From Dehalococcoidia bacterium (lineage in GTDB: Bacteria; Chloroflexota; Dehalococcoidia; Lucifugimonadales; UBA1123): a stretch of DNA of 64,000 nt. The stretch is from contig DAOUKV010000024.1 of assembly GCA_034420955.1 (NCBI GenBank), forward strand, positions 83,443 through 147,442. Reading direction: 5' to 3'. The stretch's first letter is position 1. Every line of letters begins with the position of its first letter. The notes beneath the pieces were generated by a model. The model was not told the origin of the DNA, made no database searches, and saw only the letters and a program-made list of their open reading frames with translations. The position numbers and the translations under genes were made by a program. This document shows, piece after piece, positions 44,823 to 54,318 of the stretch.

Positions 44823-46859
44823 ACCTAGGCTCTCGTCCAGCACTTCGAGCAGGTCTTTGGCTTGTTTGCGGCCTTCTTGGCCCAGCGAGCCTATGCCTTC
44901 CTCGAACATCTGCAGGCAGAAGGGGCAGGATACGCCCACGGTATCGGCGTCCGTTTCGAAGAATTGCTCGGTTCGGGCGTGGTTGATGCGGGGACCGCGC
45001 GACTCCTCGATCCACATATGCCCGCCTCCGGCGCCGCAGCAGAAGCCGCGCTCGCGGCAGCGCGACATCTCGACGAGCTCTACGCCCGGTATCGCCTTGG
45101 CTATGTTGCGAGGCGCTTCGTAGATGCCGTTGTGTCGTCCGAGGTAGCACGAGTCGTGGTACGAGATGGTGGCGTCTATTCGCGCTATGGGGCGGATGTC
45201 GCCTCGGTCTATCAGGCCGTTGACGAACTCGGTATAGTGGACGACTTCGAAGTCGCCGCCGAGGTGAGGGTACTCGTTCTTGATGGCGTTGAAGCAGTGG
45301 GGGCATATGGTAACGACGGTCTTCACGTCGTAGGTCTTCATCGTCTCGATGTTCTGCTGGGCGAGAATCTGGTAGAGGTACTCGTTGCCCATGCGCCGCG
45401 CCGGGTCTCCGGTGCACATCTCCTCGTCTCCGAGGATGGCGAAGTCCACGCCGGCGCGCTTGAGCACAGACGCCATCGAGCGGGCTACACTCTGACTGCG
45501 CTGTTCGAGAGCGGCGGTGCAGCCCACCCAGAACAGTATCTCGGCATCTGGTTTCTCAGCGAGGGTCGGCACGTCCAAGCCCTCCGCCCAGTCGGTGCGC
45601 GAGTAGGTGGTGCCGCGCCACGGGTGTCCGCGCTGCTCCATGCTCAGAAGCGCGCCCATAGCGGTTTCCGGCATTTCGGCCTGTTCCATCACCAGGAAGC
45701 GGCGCATATCCACTATCGAGTCTATATGCTCCACGCCTACGGGGCACTCCTGCACGCACGCGCCGCAGGTGAGGCAGTCCCACAGCGCCTCCTCCTGTAT
45801 CCAGTTGCCGATCATGGGCTTGGAGTCCTGCTCGTCGTTGCCCGCGGCTACGCCGTCGCCGAACTCGATGACGTGCTCCTTCATATTCTCGACGATGTGC
45901 ATGGGGGAGAGTATCTTGCCGGTGATGTTCGCCGGGCAACTGTCGGTGCAGCGTCCGCAGACGGCGCAGGCGTAGCCGTCCAGCAGTTCCTTCCAGGTGA
46001 AGTCCTGTATCTTGCTGGCGCCGAGCGCCTCTTCGTTGTCGAGCGCGGCTTCGAGGTCGGGCGTCGTTAGCGTTCCGCGCGGTTCGAGCTTGCGAGTTAC
46101 GAAGCTGATGGGCGCGCCGACGAGGTGCATGTGCTTGGACAAGGGTATGTACACTGAGAAGCCGAGGATGATGGCGAGGTGCAGCCACCAGAAGACGCCG
46201 TGCAGCAGGTTGGCGGCGTCGCCCTCGATGCCGGCGGACGCAAACGCCTCTCCGATCGGACGCCCGATGAGAGCATCGGCGTGTGGACCGGCCCCACCGG
46301 CGGCCACGAAGAACGCCTCTGTCAGCAGCGTGAACAGCATCAGCGAGGCTATGAGCAGCAGGATGATCGCCGATTCTAGCTTCTGGGTGAGGTCGAAGCT
46401 GAGCCGGTTGGGCTTGACGCCCCAGCGCCGGATGGCCGCCCATATCAGGACGACGAAGAAAACGACCGCGAGGATATCGAGATACGCGGTGAAGATGCGG
46501 ACGCCGGTTGGGGTGAGTATAGTTTCTGAGAACGGATGCCAGATGACGTCTCCGAATATGTAGAGGACATAGCTGAGAGTGAAAGACAGGAAACCCCAGA
46601 AGATGACGAGGTGGGCGAGTCCGGCGCGGTCGCGCAGCGACACGCTCTGAAGCACCTTGCGCTGCCCCAATATGTACGGCAGAGCGCCTATGACGCGGTG
46701 AACGGGCCTATCGAAGCGCTGCGGATTCTTGCCGAGAAGTATCAGCCGGAAGACGCGGCGATAGAGGGTGAATCCGGCGAGTCCGAAGGCGCAGAGGGCG
46801 AGCAGATACACTGCAAGCCACGTTGGTATGACGCCGAATACGCTGTCTGGGGGGACCAT
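44811..46859 (-). CDS. Membrane-anchored Fe-S oxidoreductase (NarI/DsrM-like TM domain fused to an HdrD/GlpC-like 2x[4Fe-4S] and CCG-domain module)
   Basis: About 6 N-terminal TM helices, then CAVCGRCTDSCP and CLTCGACVQECP ferredoxin motifs, and CCG-type motifs (CPHC..., GFCCGAGGG). The gene converges on galU and overlaps it by 12 bp. Confidence 0.75.
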   Translation of the reverse strand: MVPPDSVFGVIPTWLAVYLLALCAFGLAGFTLYRRVFRLILLGKNPQRFDRPVHRVIGALPYILGQRKVLQSVSLRDRAGLAHLVIFWGFLSFTLSYVLYIFGDVIWHPFSETILTPTGVRIFTAYLDILAVVFFVVLIWAAIRRWGVKPNRLSFDLTQKLESAIILLLIASLMLFTLLTEAFFVAAGGAGPHADALIGRPIGEAFASAGIEGDAANLLHGVFWWLHLAIILGFSVYIPLSKHMHLVGAPISFVTRKLEPRGTLTTPDLEAALDNEEALGASKIQDFTWKELLDGYACAVCGRCTDSCPANITGKILSPMHIVENMKEHVIEFGDGVAAGNDEQDSKPMIGNWIQEEALWDCLTCGACVQECPVGVEHIDSIVDMRRFLVMEQAEMPETAMGALLSMEQRGHPWRGTTYSRTDWAEGLDVPTLAEKPDAEILFWVGCTAALEQRSQSVARSMASVLKRAGVDFAILGDEEMCTGDPARRMGNEYLYQILAQQNIETMKTYDVKTVVTICPHCFNAIKNEYPHLGGDFEVVHYTEFVNGLIDRGDIRPIARIDATISYHDSCYLGRHNGIYEAPRNIAKAIPGVELVEMSRCRERGFCCGAGGGHMWIEESRGPRINHARTEQFFETDADTVGVSCPFCLQMFEEGIGSLGQEGRKQAKDLLEVLDESLGSPS

Positions 46860-46919
46860 TCGCAGACTCCTATGGGTTGGTGGGCGGAGTGTAGCATATT
46901 TGAAGAGTGAGCAGAACGG

Positions 46920-47834
46920 TCATCGCCCCAGATACAGAATCGCCGCAGAGGTCGCCAGCCAGAGCGCGATCGCAGCTATCATCGGCAGATCGGTCATCAC
47001 TATGGTCTCGGGGTCCTCCCCGGCGTCTCGCAAATGGACTAGCTGGATGTATCTGAACATACCGTAGGCTACGAACGGGATGGTCAGCATCATGGAATGG
47101 TTGTCGGGCAGATTGGGGGCGGTGAAGGTATATAGGGCGTAGCTGACGAGGGCGGAGGTGGCGACGAGAGCGGTTAGCTGGTCGAGCATGGGCAGGGTGT
47201 AGGACGCCAAGGCGTCACGCTGTTCGGAGGCGGTCTCCCCTGCCCTGGCAAGCTCGCTTCTGCGCTTGGAGACGGCTATGAACAGCGCCGCCAGTCCGGT
47301 GCAGAGATACAGCCAGGGAGATATAGGCAGCTCGACGACCGCCGCTCCGGCTAGGACGCGCAACACGAACCCGGAAGCTACCGAGAACACGTCCAGCAAC
47401 GGCGCTCGCTTGAGTCCCAGCGAGTAGGCTATCTGTATGATGACGTATGCGAGGGCGACCGCTCCGAACGGGACGGCTACGAGGAAGGCCGGGTAGAGAC
47501 ATGCGAGGGGCAGCGCCAACCCTAAGACAAGGGCGAAGCGCGGCGGTATCGCGCCGGAGGCTACGGGACGGCGGCGCTTGACTGGATGCGCGCGGTCTCT
47601 TTCGATATCGAGGGCGTCGTTGAACAGGTAGAGTCCGCCGCTGAGCGCGCAGAACAGCAGCAGGGCGAGCGCGGTGGACGCAAGCATATCAAGCGCGCCA
47701 GATAGGTCGTCCAAGCTCCACGCCTCGTTGAGGGTGAAGAACAGGGGCAGGAAGACGAGCAGGTTCTTGACCCACTGGAGGGGGCGCATCGCGCGGACGA
47801 CGGCTAACGGCAGGCGAGCGGCGTTTCGTGGCAT
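46920..47834 (-). CDS. UbiA-family prenyltransferase, decaprenyl-phosphate phosphoribosyltransferase-like
   Basis: The N-terminus is MRPLQWVKNLLVFLPLFF, with NDALDIERDR (Asp-rich motif) and multiple TM helices. The start is ATG 47834. Confidence 0.75.
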   Translation of the reverse strand: MPRNAARLPLAVVRAMRPLQWVKNLLVFLPLFFTLNEAWSLDDLSGALDMLASTALALLLFCALSGGLYLFNDALDIERDRAHPVKRRRPVASGAIPPRFALVLGLALPLACLYPAFLVAVPFGAVALAYVIIQIAYSLGLKRAPLLDVFSVASGFVLRVLAGAAVVELPISPWLYLCTGLAALFIAVSKRRSELARAGETASEQRDALASYTLPMLDQLTALVATSALVSYALYTFTAPNLPDNHSMMLTIPFVAYGMFRYIQLVHLRDAGEDPETIVMTDLPMIAAIALWLATSAAILYLGR

Positions 47835-47867
47835 GGCGCAGCCATTATACGCGCCGAGCCATTGCTG

Positions 47868-47897
47868 TTGACACCCCCAAAATTCGTTCGCTATCAT
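47868..47897 (+). promoter_or_regulatory. Sigma-70-type promoter of groES-groEL
   Basis: TTGACA (47868-47873), an 18-nt spacer, then TATCAT (47892-47897), immediately upstream of the CIRCE element. Confidence 0.6.
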
Positions 47898-47901
47898 GCT
47901 A

Positions 47902-47928
47902 TTAGCAGTCTCCCTTTTAGACTGCTAA
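47902..47928 (+). promoter_or_regulatory. CIRCE operator (HrcA binding site)
   Basis: TTAGCAGTC-N9-GACTGCTAA is a perfect inverted repeat. It matches the consensus TTAGCACTC-N9-GAGTGCTAA with one compensated change and lies 55 bp upstream of groES. Confidence 0.85.
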
Positions 47929-47982
47929 TCGAGATACTGGAAATTACGGACGTAGGATATACAGGCAGGAGGTATAGTCGAA

Positions 47983-48273
47983 ATGGCAGATTTCAAGCCG
48001 CTGGGGAACCGCGTCGTTGTGGAGCCCCAGGAGGGCGAGGAGCAGATGAGCGCGGGCGGCATCTACATTCCCGACACGGCCAAGGAAAAGCCGCAAGAGG
48101 GTATGGTAGTGGCCGTCGGCCCGGGCCGGCTGTCCGACGACGGCTCGCGCGTGCCAATGGAAGTGGAAGTAGGCGACACTGTGGTCTATTCCAAGTACGC
48201 CGGCACTGAGTACCGCGAAGGCGACACCGAGTACCTGGTGCTGCGCGAGGACGACATACTCTTCAAGCGATAG
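47983..48273 (+). CDS. groES: Co-chaperonin GroES
   Basis: 96 aa: [12 protein letters not shown]...[16 protein letters not shown]. Confidence 0.95.
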   Translation: MADFKPLGNRVVVEPQEGEEQMSAGGIYIPDTAKEKPQEGMVVAVGPGRLSDDGSRVPMEVEVGDTVVYSKYAGTEYREGDTEYLVLREDDILFKR

Positions 48274-48343
48274 CGGCCCAAGATTCGAGAATGCCTCCGC
48301 CAAGAGCGGGGGCGCGAAATTAGAGAAGGAGGACTGAACGGCT

Positions 48344-49960
48344 ATGCCCAAGCAGCTACAGTTCAGCGAGGAAGCAAGGGCCGCGATGAAGCGCGGCATA
48401 GACATTATGGCGGACACGGTAGGCGTAACGCTCGGCCCGCGCGGTCGCAACGTAGTGCTGGACAAGAAGTTCGGCCCGCCCCAGGTCTGCTCGGACGGCG
48501 TAACCATCGCCAAGGAGATCGAGCTCGAAGACCCGTTCGAGAACATGGGCGCGCAGCTCCTGAAGGAAGCGGCGAGCAAGACCAATGACGTGGCTGGCGA
48601 CGGCACCACGACCGCGACGGTTCTGGCGCAGGCGATCATCCACGAGGGATTCAAGAACATCGCCGCCGGCGCGAACCCTATGGCGCTCAAGCGAGGCATC
48701 GAGAAGGGCGTCGTCGCCATGCGAGACGCCATCGAGGACATGTCCACGCCGGTCGAGGGCCGTATGCAGATAGCGCAGGTCGCCTCCCTTTCGGCGCACG
48801 ACGACGAGATGGGCGAGCTCATCGCCGACGTGATGGAGAAGGTCGGCAAGGACGGCGTGATAACGGTCGAAGAGTCGAAGGGCCTCTCCTACGAGCAGGA
48901 GTTCGTGGAAGGGATGCAGATCGACCGCGGCTACATTTCGCCTTACTTCATCACCGACCAGGAGCGGATGGAAGCGGCGATTGACGACCCCTACATCCTG
49001 ATCACCGACAAGAAGATCTCCGCCGTCTCCGACGTGCTGCCCGCGCTGGAGAAGATCCTGCAGGTCGGGAAGAACGTGGTAGTGGTGGCTGAGGACATCG
49101 AGGGCGAGGCGCTCGCTACGCTCGTAGTCAACAAGCTGCGCGGCACGCTGAACTGCGTCGCCGTCAAGGCTCCCGGATTCGGCGCCCGCCGCAAGGCGAT
49201 GCTCGAAGACATGGCGGTCCTGACGGGCGGCCAGGTCATCAGCGAGGAAGTCGGACGCAAGCTGGACTCGGTGGAAGTATCCGACCTGGGCCGCGCGCGC
49301 CGCATCGTCGCTTCCAAGGAAGAGACGACGTTCGTTGACGGCGCCGGCACCGAGGGCGAAATCTCGGGCCGCATCAACCAGATCAAGGCGCAGGTCGAAG
49401 AGACGACTTCGGACTTCGACCGCGAGAAGCTGCAGGAGCGGCTGGCGAAGCTGTCCGGCGGCGTGGCGATCATCAAGGTCGGCGCGGCGACGGAGGTCGA
49501 GCTCAAAGAGAAGAAGAACCGCGTCGAGGACGCTCTGTCGGCGACGCGCGCAGCTGTCGAAGAGGGCATCGTTCCCGGCGGCGGCCTCGCGGTGCTGCGA
49601 GCCTCCACCGCGATGGACAGCCTGGCGCTAGGCGGCGACGAAGCCACCGGCGCGAGCATCCTCAACACCGCGCTGCAGCGGCCCATCAAGCTCATCTCCG
49701 AGAACACCGGAGTTTCCGGCGAGGTCATCCTGGCCGACAGCCTGGAGAGCGAAGGCGACTGGGGCTACGACGCCGAGGCGGGCGAGTTCTGCCACCTGCT
49801 CGAGAAGGGCATCATGGACCCGGCGAAGGTAACGCGCGCGGCCATCGAGAACGCCGCGTCCGTAGCCGCGATGGTGCTGACGACCGAGTCGCTCATCACC
49901 GACGTGCCTGATCCCGTTCCCGCGGGCGGCGCTCCGGCGATGCCTCCGATGGACTACTAG
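48344..49960 (+). CDS. groEL: Chaperonin GroEL
   Basis: 538 aa with [22 protein letters not shown] and a C-terminal ...[11 protein letters not shown] tail. Confidence 0.97.
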   Translation: MPKQLQFSEEARAAMKRGIDIMADTVGVTLGPRGRNVVLDKKFGPPQVCSDGVTIAKEIELEDPFENMGAQLLKEAASKTNDVAGDGTTTATVLAQAIIHEGFKNIAAGANPMALKRGIEKGVVAMRDAIEDMSTPVEGRMQIAQVASLSAHDDEMGELIADVMEKVGKDGVITVEESKGLSYEQEFVEGMQIDRGYISPYFITDQERMEAAIDDPYILITDKKISAVSDVLPALEKILQVGKNVVVVAEDIEGEALATLVVNKLRGTLNCVAVKAPGFGARRKAMLEDMAVLTGGQVISEEVGRKLDSVEVSDLGRARRIVASKEETTFVDGAGTEGEISGRINQIKAQVEETTSDFDREKLQERLAKLSGGVAIIKVGAATEVELKEKKNRVEDALSATRAAVEEGIVPGGGLAVLRASTAMDSLALGGDEATGASILNTALQRPIKLISENTGVSGEVILADSLESEGDWGYDAEAGEFCHLLEKGIMDPAKVTRAAIENAASVAAMVLTTESLITDVPDPVPAGGAPAMPPMDY

Positions 49961-49983
49961 GCGACAGTGACAGACGGATAGCT

Positions 49984-50030
49984 GATTAGCTAGACATGAA
50001 GGGGCGGGTTCTGAGAGGGGCCCGCCTCTT
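49984..50030 (+). repeat. Direct repeat copy 1 (47 bp, contains the groEL terminator hairpin)
   Basis: GATTAGCTAGACATGAAGGGGCGGGTTCTGAGAGGGGCCCGCCTCTT is identical to 52290-52336. It contains the hairpin GAAGGGGCGGG...CCCGCCTCTTC. Confidence 0.9.
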
Positions 50031-50087
50031 CTTCGCGTGTCCCTCAATGCGGCTCAGCAAGCTTTCCAGATTCATTTTCGATTTCCC

Positions 50088-50140
50088 TTGACATTGCTAC
50101 AATCTTTCTCTATGCTTGCTACAACATTGCTAAGGAGGTG
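50088..50140 (+). promoter_or_regulatory. Promoter, phased TTGCTA direct repeats (possible operator) and a strong SD for the cassette gene
   Basis: TTGACA (50088-50093), a 17-nt spacer, then TATGCT (50111-50116). TTGCTA(C/A)A occurs at 50094, 50116 and 50127, spaced 22 and 11 bp. AAGGAGGTG (50132-50140) lies 5 nt before the ATG. Confidence 0.55.
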
Positions 50141-50145
50141 CTGGC

Positions 50146-52287
50146 ATGACACTGAAGCCAGATACCGGAAGATATCTAGCCCGGCTGAGAGATGAGGCTG
50201 GACTGAAGCAGAACGAGTTGGCAAAGCGAGTCGAGTGGAGCCCTGCCGTGCTTTCCCGCATAGAGTCCGGGGAGCGTCCCGTGTCGACCGACGAGATCGA
50301 GTCCATCCTAGACGCCATCGGGTCGGACAAGGCAAAGGAATTCAAGATGACACATGACAGGGAGTGGCGCGAGATTGAGCGGCCGGTTCTAGGGCATCCC
50401 GATGAAGGGCTGCTCTGGGAAGCGGATACAGCGATCCATGATGTCAAGTTGCTTCTTCTTCACCCCGACACCAAAGTCCCATTTGGAAAACGCTTGGAGG
50501 AAATAGAAGGCGGGTTGCGCGATGCCGCTAACCTAGTCCGTAGCACGGAACATGCAATCGCGTTCGTGGGCGACATCGGAGTAGGCAAGACCACCAGCAT
50601 ATGCCGAACGTTGGGCTTGGAGATCAGGGACGACGAGATGTCGAAATCCGACGCCGTCCTCGAAGTCGGTGCTGGTGGCGTGACCGTGTGTGAGGTTCAC
50701 ATCACGCATGGTCCCGACTATGGCATTTTCATAGAACCTATGAGTGATGCGGAAGTCAGACGAGAAGTCGGTGAATTTGCGAACCTGATCAAGAGTCCTC
50801 CACAGACAGACCAAGACAGCGAGGAACCAATCGGAACTTCAAAGGAAATCGAGCGCGCCATCCGCAACATGAGCGAGCTTATCAAGATAAGGCATATGTT
50901 CAAGGAAAAGGATGGAAAAACCAGACGTGAGACAGAAGACCCCGTTGAACAACTAGCCGATGTGGCAACGAATGCGGACGCCCTCGCGGTAGAGATACTA
51001 GCTCGGATGAATCTAGCGGATAGGAACAAGCGTGAGCTATGGTACTCGCCAACCGAGAACGCGAGCGATCCGCTCGATTGGCTGAAGCAGAATTTCCGGT
51101 CGTTAAACAACGGAAGGCATCCGGAGTTCTCGATACCCAGACGGATGGAGATTATCACGCCTGATCCAATCCTCAACGAGAAATCCCTGTCAATACGGAT
51201 AATTGACACGAAGGGAATAGATGGGAATGCTCGGCGCGGGGATATCGAGAATCTCTTCGGTGAGAGAAACACAGTCTCCATCCTGTGCTCGGATTTCAAT
51301 TCAGTCCCTTCTCCATCAGTGCAGCAGCTACTCAAGCGCGCATCCGACGTTGGATACGGAAACATCAAGAACAAGGCTGCGATCCTCGGACTGCCGAAGC
51401 ATAACGAAGCTTTGGCAGTCAAGGACGACGACGGAACTCCCGCCGAAGACGCCGAAGATGGCTACTACATGAAGGGTGAGCAGGCTGCGAATAGGTTAGC
51501 TTCCCTTGGAACGCCCAGTGTTCCCGTCGAGTTCTTCAACGCATTTGATGACGATCCGGAAAGGCTACGTTCATTCATGCTAGAACGGGTCCGGAAGCTC
51601 AGGAATAGGAATGCCGATGAACTGAAGCAGATCATCGAAGACGCTAGAGAACTAGTAGATAACTACGAACGGGAGCAGAATCTGGAAACACAGCGAGTGG
51701 TGGCGCGTCAGCTAAACACCTGGTTGATCAACAACCGCACCGTCGATCTGTCTATGGCGCCAGGCTTTGAGCAGAGTCTGATGGACTCTATCTCCGTTGT
51801 ACACGCTAGTACGCTAAGGGCGAGCGTTCGCAGAGAAGGAGACTGGCACAACTTGGACTACTCCCATGAGTTGAGCTTTGGCGCCAGGCTTGCCGCGGTA
51901 CGTGTGGTAAGTTCCAAGAGAGATGAACTCACCGCCATCACTAACTACCTCCTACAAGATTCCGAGTCGGATGGGACATCTGGGCTGGTTCGTCAAGTGC
52001 AGCGTGTCGTTGATACCGGCGTTGCTGAGTTGTACGGCAAGTGTGCTCTGGCCGGAGAAGTTCATTATGGATACCTGAAACAGGACTCAAACATATGGCA
52101 TAAATCGGATCGCGAGTGGGGACGCGGCCCCGGGTACAAGGGCCGCGTGTCAAAGCACCACACAGTTTGGTTCAACGATTGGCTTAGCGAGCATAGCAGG
52201 TCTCGCATCGCGGATTTAATCGAGGAGGAGTGGACATCGAGCCTCGATCGTGCGTCAGCCATACTCGATGACGCGCTGTCCGACTGA
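50146..52287 (+). CDS. XRE-type HTH fused to a P-loop GTPase-like NTPase and a long helical C-terminal region; no family I can name
   Basis: 713 aa. The N-terminus LRDEAGLKQNELAKRVEWSPAVLSRIESGERPVS is an XRE HTH. Walker A is FVGDIGVGKTT (50569-50592) and a G3-like motif IIDTKGIDG lies at 51205-51216. GC is visibly lower than in the flanking genes. Confidence 0.85.
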   Translation: MTLKPDTGRYLARLRDEAGLKQNELAKRVEWSPAVLSRIESGERPVSTDEIESILDAIGSDKAKEFKMTHDREWREIERPVLGHPDEGLLWEADTAIHDVKLLLLHPDTKVPFGKRLEEIEGGLRDAANLVRSTEHAIAFVGDIGVGKTTSICRTLGLEIRDDEMSKSDAVLEVGAGGVTVCEVHITHGPDYGIFIEPMSDAEVRREVGEFANLIKSPPQTDQDSEEPIGTSKEIERAIRNMSELIKIRHMFKEKDGKTRRETEDPVEQLADVATNADALAVEILARMNLADRNKRELWYSPTENASDPLDWLKQNFRSLNNGRHPEFSIPRRMEIITPDPILNEKSLSIRIIDTKGIDGNARRGDIENLFGERNTVSILCSDFNSVPSPSVQQLLKRASDVGYGNIKNKAAILGLPKHNEALAVKDDDGTPAEDAEDGYYMKGEQAANRLASLGTPSVPVEFFNAFDDDPERLRSFMLERVRKLRNRNADELKQIIEDARELVDNYEREQNLETQRVVARQLNTWLINNRTVDLSMAPGFEQSLMDSISVVHASTLRASVRREGDWHNLDYSHELSFGARLAAVRVVSSKRDELTAITNYLLQDSESDGTSGLVRQVQRVVDTGVAELYGKCALAGEVHYGYLKQDSNIWHKSDREWGRGPGYKGRVSKHHTVWFNDWLSEHSRSRIADLIEEEWTSSLDRASAILDDALSD

Positions 52288-52289
52288 CA

Positions 52290-52336
52290 GATTAGCTAGA
52301 CATGAAGGGGCGGGTTCTGAGAGGGGCCCGCCTCTT
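52290..52336 (+). repeat. Direct repeat copy 2 (47 bp), functioning as the terminator of the cassette gene
   Basis: Identical to 49984-50030. It starts 3 nt after the cassette stop codon and is followed by TTTTGAG. Confidence 0.9.
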
Positions 52337-52458
52337 TTGAGTTGGACGAGTGCGCGACCAGCCCGTACTCCATACACAGGGCCTGCGCCACCACGCCATA
52401 CATGGCGGTATGGTAGAATTTAGATGAACCAACCGGAAACGCGACAGGCGGTGAGTGA

Positions 52459-53625
52459 GTGACTGAAGAGACGAAATCCACCGAGGCGCGCCTGGGCGAT
52501 CTGATGCGCGAGTTCGAGGCGACCAGGGATGGGCAGGTGGGCTATCCGGTCAACCAGAATTTCGACTACTCGGAGCTCATGCCGTTCATGCGGTACTGCA
52601 TGAACAACGTGGGCGACCCGTTTCACGACAGCAACTTCCGAACCAACACTCACGAGTTCGAGCGCGAGGTGGTCGGCGCCTTCGCTGATATGATGCGCCT
52701 GCCGCGCGAGGACGCCTGGGGCTACGTTACTTCGGGCGGCACCGAGGGGAACATGTACGGCCTGTACATCGGGCGCGAGCTGTTCCCGGATGGGGTATTC
52801 TACTTCTCCCAGGATACGCATTACAGCGCGGTCAAGATTCTGCGTCTGCTGAACGCGCGCAACATCATGATCAAGAGCCAGGACAACGGCGAGATAGACT
52901 ACGACGACCTGTACGAGACCATACGCATCAACCGCGACTTGCCCGCCGTTGTCATGGCGAACATCGGGACGACGATGAAGGGCGCGGTGGACGACGTCCT
53001 CAAGGTGCGCGACATACTGGACGATCTGGCGATTACGAAACGCTACATCCATGCGGACGCCGCGCTGGGTGGCATGATTCTGCCGTTCGTGGACGAGCCG
53101 CAGCCATACGGGTTCGACATGGGCTTCGACAGTGTGGCGATCAGCGGACACAAGATGATCGGTTCTCCACTCCCCTGCGGGGTGGCGCTAACCCGGAAGG
53201 ATTACGTGTCGCGCATCGCCCGCTCGATAGAGTACGTGGGCGTGCTGGATACGACGCTCGCCGGCTCGCGCAGTGCGATGACTCCGCTGTTCCTGTGGTA
53301 CGCCTTCGAGAAGTACGGGATGGACGGGTTCCGCGAGATGGTGCAGGGCTGCCTGGAGATGGCGGAGTACGCCGTCCAGCGCTTCAACGACAGCGGCATA
53401 CCGGCGTGGCGCAACCCGAACTCGGTCATCGTCGTCTTTCCGCAGCCTCCGCGCTCGGTTACCGACAAGTGGCAGATAGCGCAGTACGAGGGCGTCTGCC
53501 ACATCATCACCATGCCGCACGTTACGCGCGAGATTGTGGATGAGGTCGTGGACGACTGCCTGCGAGCCGAGCGCGAGACGACCGACAGGATCTTCTTTGA
53601 TCCGCGCTGGCGTGGGCAGGTGTGA
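52459..53625 (+). CDS. hdc: Pyridoxal-dependent histidine decarboxylase (group II decarboxylase)
   Basis: 388 aa with the typical N-terminus GYPVNQNFDYSEL...NNVGDPF and the PLP-lysine motif SGHKMIGSPLPCG. GTG start. Confidence 0.8.
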   Translation: MTEETKSTEARLGDLMREFEATRDGQVGYPVNQNFDYSELMPFMRYCMNNVGDPFHDSNFRTNTHEFEREVVGAFADMMRLPREDAWGYVTSGGTEGNMYGLYIGRELFPDGVFYFSQDTHYSAVKILRLLNARNIMIKSQDNGEIDYDDLYETIRINRDLPAVVMANIGTTMKGAVDDVLKVRDILDDLAITKRYIHADAALGGMILPFVDEPQPYGFDMGFDSVAISGHKMIGSPLPCGVALTRKDYVSRIARSIEYVGVLDTTLAGSRSAMTPLFLWYAFEKYGMDGFREMVQGCLEMAEYAVQRFNDSGIPAWRNPNSVIVVFPQPPRSVTDKWQIAQYEGVCHIITMPHVTREIVDEVVDDCLRAERETTDRIFFDPRWRGQV

Positions 53626-53693
53626 CAAGCCAAGCGCTTGACCGAAGTTTGGATGGCGGGACCGGTTGCTGGGACATCGGTATTGAGGGCGAG

Positions 53694-53745
53694 GTTTTCG
53701 CCCCCATCCTAGCCTTCTCCCATCAAGGGGGAAGGGATTTGTAGA
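53694..53745. repeat. Type-B REP-like element
   Basis: TTTTCGCCCCCATCCTAGCCTTCTCCCATCAAGGGGGAAGGGATTTG has the same loop ATCAA and 3' arm GGGGGAAGGGA as 5422-5446. Confidence 0.75.
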
Positions 53746-53763
53746 GAATCGGGCAGGAGGCCG

Positions 53764-54159
53764 TTGTTGGAACGAATCATCATCATGACACGCAACGAGG
53801 TCGGCGTAATCGCGGATATAACCCGGGCGCTCGCCGACGCGGAGATAAACATCACCACAATCAACACGGAAACCGAAGGACGAGGGGGCTGCGTGATCGT
53901 TACGACGGAGGACAACGACCGCGCGTTGGACGCGCTGACGAACGCGGGCTTCAAAGCGGTGGTGGACGACGCGCTGGTGATTCGTCTCCGAGACGAGCCG
54001 GGCGCTCTGGCGAAGGTGGCTGAGCGGTTCAAGAACGCGGACGTGAACATCCAAAGCCTGCACATCCTGGACAGGCACGAGGGCTACACGATGGTCGCGC
54101 TTTCTGCGGACGACCGCGAGAAAGCGGAGGCGCTGCTGGACGGGGTGGCGATGGTATAG
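53764..54159 (+). CDS. ACT-domain protein
   Basis: 131 aa made of two beta-alpha-beta-beta-alpha-beta ACT-like halves (GVIADITRALADAEINI..., GALAKVAERFKNADVNI...). TTG start. Confidence 0.65.
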   Translation: MLERIIIMTRNEVGVIADITRALADAEINITTINTETEGRGGCVIVTTEDNDRALDALTNAGFKAVVDDALVIRLRDEPGALAKVAERFKNADVNIQSLHILDRHEGYTMVALSADDREKAEALLDGVAMV

Positions 54160-54318
54160 GGAGCGGAGCTAGTCTAGCGTGGTCGTGTTCCGCCATCGAT
54201 TCAAGCGATCAATTGGCGGCGACGGACGGAGCCTGAGATTGCTGTTGCGCTCTTCCCAATTGTGCGGTAGGGTGAGGGCGTGGGATTCCCAAGCTACACC
54301 CAAGTGAGTTGCGCCGAA

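Noticed and set aside
44862-46070. 402-aa plus-strand ORF inside the HdrD-like gene, plus the other internal ORFs there
   Set aside because: It has no motifs. The minus-strand frame has TM helices, two CxxCxxCxxxCP clusters and CCG motifs.
49961-52336. Interpreting the cassette as a classical IS, transposon or prophage remnant
   Set aside because: No transposase, integrase or terminal inverted repeats are visible. The flanks are long direct repeats, not inverted ones. I therefore describe it only as an inserted cassette of unknown mobility mechanism.
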